Positions 31,922 to 36,756 of a stretch of 36,756 nt of DNA are shown here, piece by piece. The stretch covers positions 1-36,756 of the IMG/VR virus record IMGVR_UViG_3300049731_000218; one strand, 5' to 3'. The position numbers and the translations under genes are program-made. The notes under the pieces are model-generated. The model searched no databases and was not told where the DNA came from. It saw only the letters and a program-made list of their open reading frames with translations. Within the stretch, counting starts at the first letter, position 1; each line of letters opens with the position of its first letter. Origin of the DNA: a virus. Its lineage: Duplodnaviria > Caudoviricetes.

Positions 31922-32532
31922 GCGCCCTCGAGGACCGGGCCGACGCCGCGCTCGGGGTGCCCGAGTTCGCCGACCTGGACCGGCTTCTCTCCGGTGACGA
32001 CCCGGACTTCGACGCCCAACCGTCCGCACCCGACGACGAAGTCCACGCCGACCGGTGGCTACGCAAGCTTCGCCGGATCGAGGAACGAGCCCAACGCGTC
32101 CGCGATGTGGCCCAGGCCGAACGGGAGCTGATCGACGAGTACGAACGGGCCGAGCTGGCCAAGGTCGACCACGACCGTGCATGGCTGACCGAGTCGCTCC
32201 GCCAGTACCACCGGGCGCGGCTCACCGACGATCCGAAGGCCAAGACGATCCGGCTGCCGAACGGGACGCTCAAGGCACGCGCCCAGCAGCCGTTGTGGGA
32301 GTACGACGAGAGCCAGTTCATCGCGTGGGCGCTCGACAACCGGGCCGAGCTCGTCCGCCAGATCGTGCAGGAACGGCCCGACAAGACGGCGGTACGCGAC
32401 CAAGTCTCCGACGGCCACCTCGCCATCGCCGGGGTGTCGCTCGTCGAAGCGGACACGGGCGAACCGATCCCCGGGGTGACGATCACACCGCGCGGTGTCG
32501 GGTTCTCCGTCGTCCTCGAGGACGCCGAGTGA
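31918..32532 (+). CDS. Gam-like host nuclease inhibitor
   Basis: ADRWLRKL coiled coil, KTIRLPNGTLKAR, DTGEPIPGV; lies upstream of ERF. Confidence 0.8.
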   Translation: MSALEDRADAALGVPEFADLDRLLSGDDPDFDAQPSAPDDEVHADRWLRKLRRIEERAQRVRDVAQAERELIDEYERAELAKVDHDRAWLTESLRQYHRARLTDDPKAKTIRLPNGTLKARAQQPLWEYDESQFIAWALDNRAELVRQIVQERPDKTAVRDQVSDGHLAIAGVSLVEADTGEPIPGVTITPRGVGFSVVLEDAE

Positions 32533-33122
32533 CCGACCACGACACCCTCGCCGAGGCGCTGGTGGCCGCGCTGGCTGACTTGTCGGTTGTGGAGAAGGGC
32601 CACACCGCTGACGCCGGCTCGTACTCCTACGACTACGCGGACCTCGCGGACGTAGTGAAGCTCACCCGCCCCAAGCTGGCCGAGCACGGCATCGCCGCGT
32701 TGACCCCGGTGCACGAGTACAGCGAAGGGCTGGCGTGCACGGTGCGCCTTCTGCACACGTCAGGCGACGAGATCGAGTTTCCGCCGCTGCCCTTCCCTCA
32801 CGGCCGCGACGCGCAAGCCACCGGGTCCATGATCACCTACCACCGCCGCTACGCCCTCGTCGCCGCGCTCGGCATGGCAGCCGGGGACGACGACGACGGC
32901 GCTTCTGCAGCGGCCCGCGCTCCCACCCACATCGCGAAGTCCGACGCCGACCACCTCCGCGAACGTCTCGTGTCGCTCCCGAAGGACCTCCAGGACGAGA
33001 TCAAGCCGATGGTGAAGGCCGGCGGTCGGATCGAAACGTTCACCGCGGAACAGCTCGACGAAGCCCACCGGTTCGTGACTGACCTTGAAGACGAACTGTC
33101 GAACGAGAAGGTCGACGCGTGA
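32529..33122 (+). CDS. erf: ERF-family ssDNA annealing protein
   Basis: YSYDYADLADV...LLHTSG...DAQATGSMITYHRRYALVAALGM...DDDG. Confidence 0.92.
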   Translation: MTDHDTLAEALVAALADLSVVEKGHTADAGSYSYDYADLADVVKLTRPKLAEHGIAALTPVHEYSEGLACTVRLLHTSGDEIEFPPLPFPHGRDAQATGSMITYHRRYALVAALGMAAGDDDDGASAAARAPTHIAKSDADHLRERLVSLPKDLQDEIKPMVKAGGRIETFTAEQLDEAHRFVTDLEDELSNEKVDA

Positions 33123-33478
33123 GACCCCGCACCCCGAAACGGGCTGTGGAGGAGCGTGTGTACGCGCGGCTCCGCCAGCGGATCTTGCATGACCAGCCGT
33201 GGTGCGTCGCCGGTGACCGCATCCGAATGAAGGATCCAGGCCATCAGTGCGGCAACGGCACCCACCCCGGTCGGCGTGCCACCCAGCTGCACCACCTCCG
33301 CAAACGGTCGTCCGCGGGTTCGTTGACCAACCCGGACAACGTCGAACCGGTGTGCGGCTGGTGCAACGAGTGGATCGAGGACCACCCCAACCAAGCCCAC
33401 GCACTCCGCCTCGTCGTCCGACCCGGTGACGACGCGTGGGAACGGCTGGGCGCACGCGCGTCGAGGGCAGCACGGTGA
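33119..33478 (+). CDS. HNH-like endonuclease
   Basis: WC...C...LHHLRKRSSAGS...NVEPVCGWCNEWIEDHP. Confidence 0.75.
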   Translation: MRPRTPKRAVEERVYARLRQRILHDQPWCVAGDRIRMKDPGHQCGNGTHPGRRATQLHHLRKRSSAGSLTNPDNVEPVCGWCNEWIEDHPNQAHALRLVVRPGDDAWERLGARASRAAR

Positions 33479-33672
33479 GATCGCACGCCTGCTACGAGCT
33501 CGACCACGGTCGCTGTAGCTGGGCCAACTGTAGCTGCGCTTGCCATCGTGCGGTCGCGACGAAGATCCGACCCGGACCGCGTGTCATGCGATGGGTGTGC
33601 GCGTTCATCGGGCATGACCGTTCACCCTCGGCCGGCTGGTGCGTCCGCTGCGGCAACGGGGGCCCGACGTGA
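33475..33672 (+). CDS. Small Cys/His-rich protein
   Basis: CSCACH and WVCAFIGH...CVRCG motifs; coupled. Confidence 0.6.
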   Translation: MRSHACYELDHGRCSWANCSCACHRAVATKIRPGPRVMRWVCAFIGHDRSPSAGWCVRCGNGGPT

Positions 33673-33824
33673 CCCCGTCCGAGATCGTGCTCACGGTGGC
33701 CGCGCTCGCCATGCTGCCGTGGTGGCTGCGGCTCGTCCGGTCGGGTGCGCTGCGCGTGCAACCCGACGATGACCTTGCCGGCGTCAGCGAGCACGAACGC
33801 AAGATGAAGGCGCTGCAGCGATGA
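33669..33824 (+). CDS. Small membrane protein
   Basis: One TM helix; coupled. Confidence 0.55.
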   Translation: MTPSEIVLTVAALAMLPWWLRLVRSGALRVQPDDDLAGVSEHERKMKALQR

Positions 33825-33904
33825 GCGCCGAGGGTTACGTGATCGGCGTGCTGTGGGCGCTGTTCTGGACGTTCATGTTTGTGCGCGCTTGGGGACGGAT
33901 GTGA
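33821..33904 (+). CDS. 27-aa hydrophobic peptide
   Basis: MSAEGYVIGVLWALFWTFMFVRAWGRM; ATGA and GTGA overlaps. Confidence 0.55.
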   Translation: MSAEGYVIGVLWALFWTFMFVRAWGRM

Positions 33905-34413
33905 AAGCGCTCACCGTTCGCCAGCCGTGGGCGTCGCTGATCGCGGCTGGGGTGAAGACGATCGAGACCCGGTCGTGGTCGACCGCATACCGCGGTCCGA
34001 TCGCCGTGCACGCTGGGAAGGCGGGCGTCGCCGAACCTTGGTCGGTGCCCGGCCTGGCGGCGGCGGTCGACGCTCTGCCGCAGCCGCTGCCGATGGGGGC
34101 GGTGGTCGCGGTTGCCGATCTGGTCGACGTGCTGCCGATGGTGACTCGCCCGGTGGTGTTCGATCACCTGTTTGTCCGGCGTGACGGCGCGCTGTTCGTG
34201 TGGCGCGAGGCCGATCGGCCGAACCGGCCGAGGTCGTTCACCGATCAACGACCGTTCGGTGGTTTCGCGGCGGGCCGGTTCGCTTGGCTACTCGAGAACG
34301 TGCGCCCGTTGGAGCAGCCGCTGCCGACGCGCGGTCGCCAAAGCCTGTGGACCCCACCGGATCTGGTGTGCGCCGCGCTCGCACCGCTGACAGAGATGGC
34401 GGTCAGCAAGTGA
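33901..34413 (+). CDS. ASCH domain protein
   Basis: MKALTVRQPWASLIAAGVKTIETRSW..YRGPIAVHAG...RGRQSLW. Confidence 0.92.
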   Translation: MKALTVRQPWASLIAAGVKTIETRSWSTAYRGPIAVHAGKAGVAEPWSVPGLAAAVDALPQPLPMGAVVAVADLVDVLPMVTRPVVFDHLFVRRDGALFVWREADRPNRPRSFTDQRPFGGFAAGRFAWLLENVRPLEQPLPTRGRQSLWTPPDLVCAALAPLTEMAVSK

Positions 34414-34529
34414 ACGGGTACGAGCGGCAAGCCCGACGTGACCGGCAGACGATCGGCGCGTTCTGGGTCAGCGTCGGGGTCGCCGTCGCGGTGCTGGCGT
34501 TCTTCGTGTTCATCGAGGTTGTTCGATGA
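34410..34529 (+). CDS. Small membrane protein
   Basis: One C-terminal TM helix; coupled. Confidence 0.55.
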   Translation: MNGYERQARRDRQTIGAFWVSVGVAVAVLAFFVFIEVVR

Positions 34530-35038
34530 AGCGGCGACTGGTGGTCTTCGTCGTGCTGGCCATGTTCACGGTGTTCGGCTGTCAGTACGAGGGCTGGTGG
34601 TTCCAAGACCGCGGGGTCACGAACAAGCATTGGCTTCCCGGCCCTGACACTGGCACCGGTTCCGGTCCGTACCTGTCGATGTGCTACGGGCGCACGTCGA
34701 TCGTCGACGGGTTCGACGGCATCTGGACCGACATGAACAAGCCCGCCGAGGCGCACATCTGGGCCGATGCCGGTACCGGCTGCGAACGAGTCTGCGTCAC
34801 TCTCGCGTACCGGTACTACTCGACGGCGCTGACGCTGCGTCGTGGGCCGGTGTGCTCCGCGAGCCAGGTCGTCAACATGCACGCCGCGGTGGTCGGCCCG
34901 CCCCGAACCAAGGTCGACGGCGCCGACTACTGCATCCGCAACGTGTGGGGCTGGGGGACCTGTTGGACGGTGGTGAACGCCAACCCGAACAACGTACCGG
35001 TCCGCTGCCCGGTCACGTCGGGGTCGGTGTGCGGATGA
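34526..35038 (+). CDS. Cys-rich lipoprotein
   Basis: MKRR plus hydrophobic stretch and VFGC lipobox; eight further Cys. Confidence 0.7.
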   Translation: MKRRLVVFVVLAMFTVFGCQYEGWWFQDRGVTNKHWLPGPDTGTGSGPYLSMCYGRTSIVDGFDGIWTDMNKPAEAHIWADAGTGCERVCVTLAYRYYSTALTLRRGPVCSASQVVNMHAAVVGPPRTKVDGADYCIRNVWGWGTCWTVVNANPNNVPVRCPVTSGSVCG

Positions 35039-35349
35039 TGACCTACGCCCCGCCGTTCGAGTACCTCGGTCTTTCACCTGCCGAGTTCCAGTTCCGCACG
35101 CTCGGTCGCACCCCGGCGGCGCGCTATCTCGCCGGGCTCCGGTTGGGACGGCTCCGCCATCACGTCCACACCGAATCGACGACGGAGGGCGGAACCGCCG
35201 CGATCTCGTGTGTCCTGTGCGACGAACCCTTCACCGCCGAGGAGTGGGAGGAGCGGCACTGGCGCGACGGTGACGGCGCCGATGTCCACGCGCGCTGCTG
35301 CGTCCGTTGCAGCGAGGACCACGATGTGACGGGTCAGCGAATCTCGTGA
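35035..35349 (+). CDS. Hypothetical protein with Zn-finger-like motif
   Basis: CVLC...HARCCVRC; ATGA-coupled. Confidence 0.55.
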   Translation: MMTYAPPFEYLGLSPAEFQFRTLGRTPAARYLAGLRLGRLRHHVHTESTTEGGTAAISCVLCDEPFTAEEWEERHWRDGDGADVHARCCVRCSEDHDVTGQRIS

Positions 35350-35714
35350 AGGATCTGCTGGACGCGTTGGTGCGAGATCTCGAGCAGTGTGGCGACATCG
35401 CGTCGGCTGTAGCCGTTCTTGGTGAGCATCGTGACGGCGTGGCGGGTGGCCTGAGTGGCCTCGAGGCGGGCGTGCTCCTCAACGAGCCGGGCTTCACGTG
35501 CAGCTTCCACGAAGCCGACGTCGGCGCCGATCTCGATGCGGTAGCGGAGGGGGACCTCGTCGACGTCGAACCACACCGCGGCAGCTTCGGCGATGTTGGC
35601 GCGCGCCGAGTCGAGGGTGCGCCCGTAGGTGTGGACGCGGGGCTCCTCGACGAGCTCGGCTTCCCAGACGCCTTCGGCTTCGTCTCGTTCGATGACGGCG
35701 GTGTAGTTCTTCAT
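35334..35714 (-). CDS. hicB: HicB-family antitoxin
   Basis: YTAVIERD...W...VHTYGRTLDSARANIAEA plus C-terminal HTH (YSRRDVATLLEISHQRVQQI); overlaps the hicA stop. Confidence 0.9.
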   Translation of the reverse strand: MKNYTAVIERDEAEGVWEAELVEEPRVHTYGRTLDSARANIAEAAAVWFDVDEVPLRYRIEIGADVGFVEAAREARLVEEHARLEATQATRHAVTMLTKNGYSRRDVATLLEISHQRVQQILHEIR

Positions 35715-35908
35715 TCCATCCACCCTTCTCCGAGGCAGGGTTCGAGCGCTCGCTCGATGGAGCGGAGCGTTCCTTTCGAGATGTCCCCGGGGTGCACCGG
35801 GATGACGGTCTGGCATTCGCCGCACCGGATGACCAGGTGGGAGCCCTTCTGCCGGACTTCTTCGCAGCCTCGGGCCCGGAGGATTCGGCGCAACTGCCTC
35901 GCGGTCAT
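35711..35908 (-). CDS. hicA: HicA-family mRNA interferase toxin
   Basis: RQKGSH, IPVHPGDISKGTLRSI motifs. Confidence 0.93.
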   Translation of the reverse strand: MTARQLRRILRARGCEEVRQKGSHLVIRCGECQTVIPVHPGDISKGTLRSIERALEPCLGEGWME

Positions 35909-35914
35909 GCCATA

Positions 35915-35956
35915 TGTCTATCAGACTAGACACTCGGGTGTCAAGTCAACTAGACA
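35915..35956 (-). promoter_or_regulatory. hicAB promoter/operator with two palindromes
   Basis: TGTCTA-N6-TAGACA (35915-35932) and TGTCAA-N6-TAGACA (35939-35956); TTGACA on the - strand at 35944-35939. Confidence 0.75.
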
Positions 35957-35974
35957 CCGCCGCAGGTGTGGCCC

Positions 35975-36388
35975 GTGAGGACTGTCGTCGACCCCACGAC
36001 CGGCGAGGTGGTCCCGACCCTTCCGTCGCGCCCACCCGAACCGCTCGACCCCGGCCAGATCTCCGACATCGCCGAGCGGATCCTGCGCTACACCCAGGAG
36101 CTCGAGGACGCCCTGCCCGATCTCGACGCCGCGACAAGCGCGGCGGCCGACGCAGAAGCGGACTGGCTCGAGGCCCGCGCCCGAGCCGTGATCGCGGTCG
36201 CGGACGAACACCCATCACTGACGGTCGGCGAGCGTGACGCACGCGCCGACGTGGTCGCTGCGGACGCTCGGCGTGCGTTCCTGATCGCACGTGAGGCCGT
36301 GAAGGCCAAGCGCGAGTACCTCCACTCGTTGCGTGCGCAGCTGAGTGCGTGCCAGACGCTCGCCAGGCTGTTGGGGGAGGTGGCGTGA
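35975..36388 (+). CDS. Coiled-coil hypothetical protein
   Basis: VDPTTGEV start and an Ala-rich helix ending LRAQLSACQTL. Start 35966 or 35975. Confidence 0.7.
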   Translation: MRTVVDPTTGEVVPTLPSRPPEPLDPGQISDIAERILRYTQELEDALPDLDAATSAAADAEADWLEARARAVIAVADEHPSLTVGERDARADVVAADARRAFLIAREAVKAKREYLHSLRAQLSACQTLARLLGEVA

Positions 36389-36393
36389 GCCGT

Positions 36394-36756
36394 TCAGCCC
36401 TTCCACTCCTCGGGTGTCCGGTCACCCTTCGAGGCGTTACAGGCCCAGCAGGACAGCACGAGGTTGTCGTCCACGTCGGCCCCACCGCGAGCTGTCGGCA
36501 GCACGTGGTCGGCCACCGCCGCGGACTCGTGGCAGTTCCCCGGGTCACACGCGCAGGTGAGCGGCCTGTCGCAGTAGGAGCATGTCCAGCCGTCGCGCTT
36601 GGCGAGGCGGTGCAGCCGCGAATGGGTGCGCGAGTGTTTCTTCGGTCGCGGTGGTGCCGGGGTGCGCGGGCCCTTGAGGTTGTCGAACCGCTCCTCGATG
36701 CGCATGAGACACGCCCCACCCTCGCCATCACCGAACCGCCAGAGCGGCTCAACCGT
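36394..36756 (-). CDS. HNH endonuclease, C-terminal part (gene begins near 268, across the junction)
   Basis: RDGWTCSYC...DHVLPTARGG...NLVLSCWACNASKGDRT. Confidence 0.9.
   Translation of the reverse strand, partial: TVEPLWRFGDGEGGACLMRIEERFDNLKGPRTPAPPRPKKHSRTHSRLHRLAKRDGWTCSYCDRPLTCACDPGNCHESAAVADHVLPTARGGADVDDNLVLSCWACNASKGDRTPEEWKG
36630..36756 (+). repeat. Terminal direct repeat, copy 2 (assembly overlap)
   Basis: Identical to 1-127. Confidence 0.95.

Larger units (their letters stand above)
1..36756. mobile_element. Complete temperate siphovirus (actinobacteriophage-like), circular assembly
   Basis: Full set of packaging, head, tail (long tape measure, no sheath), lysis, integrase/repressor and early genes. 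Identical 127-bp ends, and a gene reads through the junction. Confidence 0.95.

Overview
This window is a very GC-rich, apparently complete temperate siphovirus genome with actinobacteriophage-type genes. Bases 1-127 repeat exactly at 36630-36756, so it is a circular assembly with a unit length of 36,629 bp. Gene order on the + strand: replication initiator and late-control genes, HNH, candidate cos site, terminase, portal, minor head protein, scaffold, capsid, connectors, tail (with a -1 frameshifted chaperone), lysis genes, and a second receptor-binding block. A - strand lysogeny block follows (two membrane/lipoprotein genes, tyrosine integrase, repressor). Next is the + strand early operon (excisionase-like HTH, many tiny membrane ORFs, Gam-like, ERF, HNH, ASCH), with two antisense inserts: hicAB and an HNH that crosses the circular junction. 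The most notable signal is a four-gene cassette of two glycosyltransferases and two SAM methyltransferases inside the head-tail connector operon. It co-occurs with C-terminal Ser (mostly Gly-Ser) ends on the capsid, tail terminator, tail tube and distal tail proteins, suggesting a virion coat of methylated O-glycans. Other highlights: a MuF-like head protein with a lethal-factor-type zinc protease domain, five GTGAY-loop hairpins around the scaffold start codon, carbohydrate-active tail modules, and a repressor/integrase layout resembling integration-dependent immunity. All product calls come from motif recognition and synteny, not database searches.
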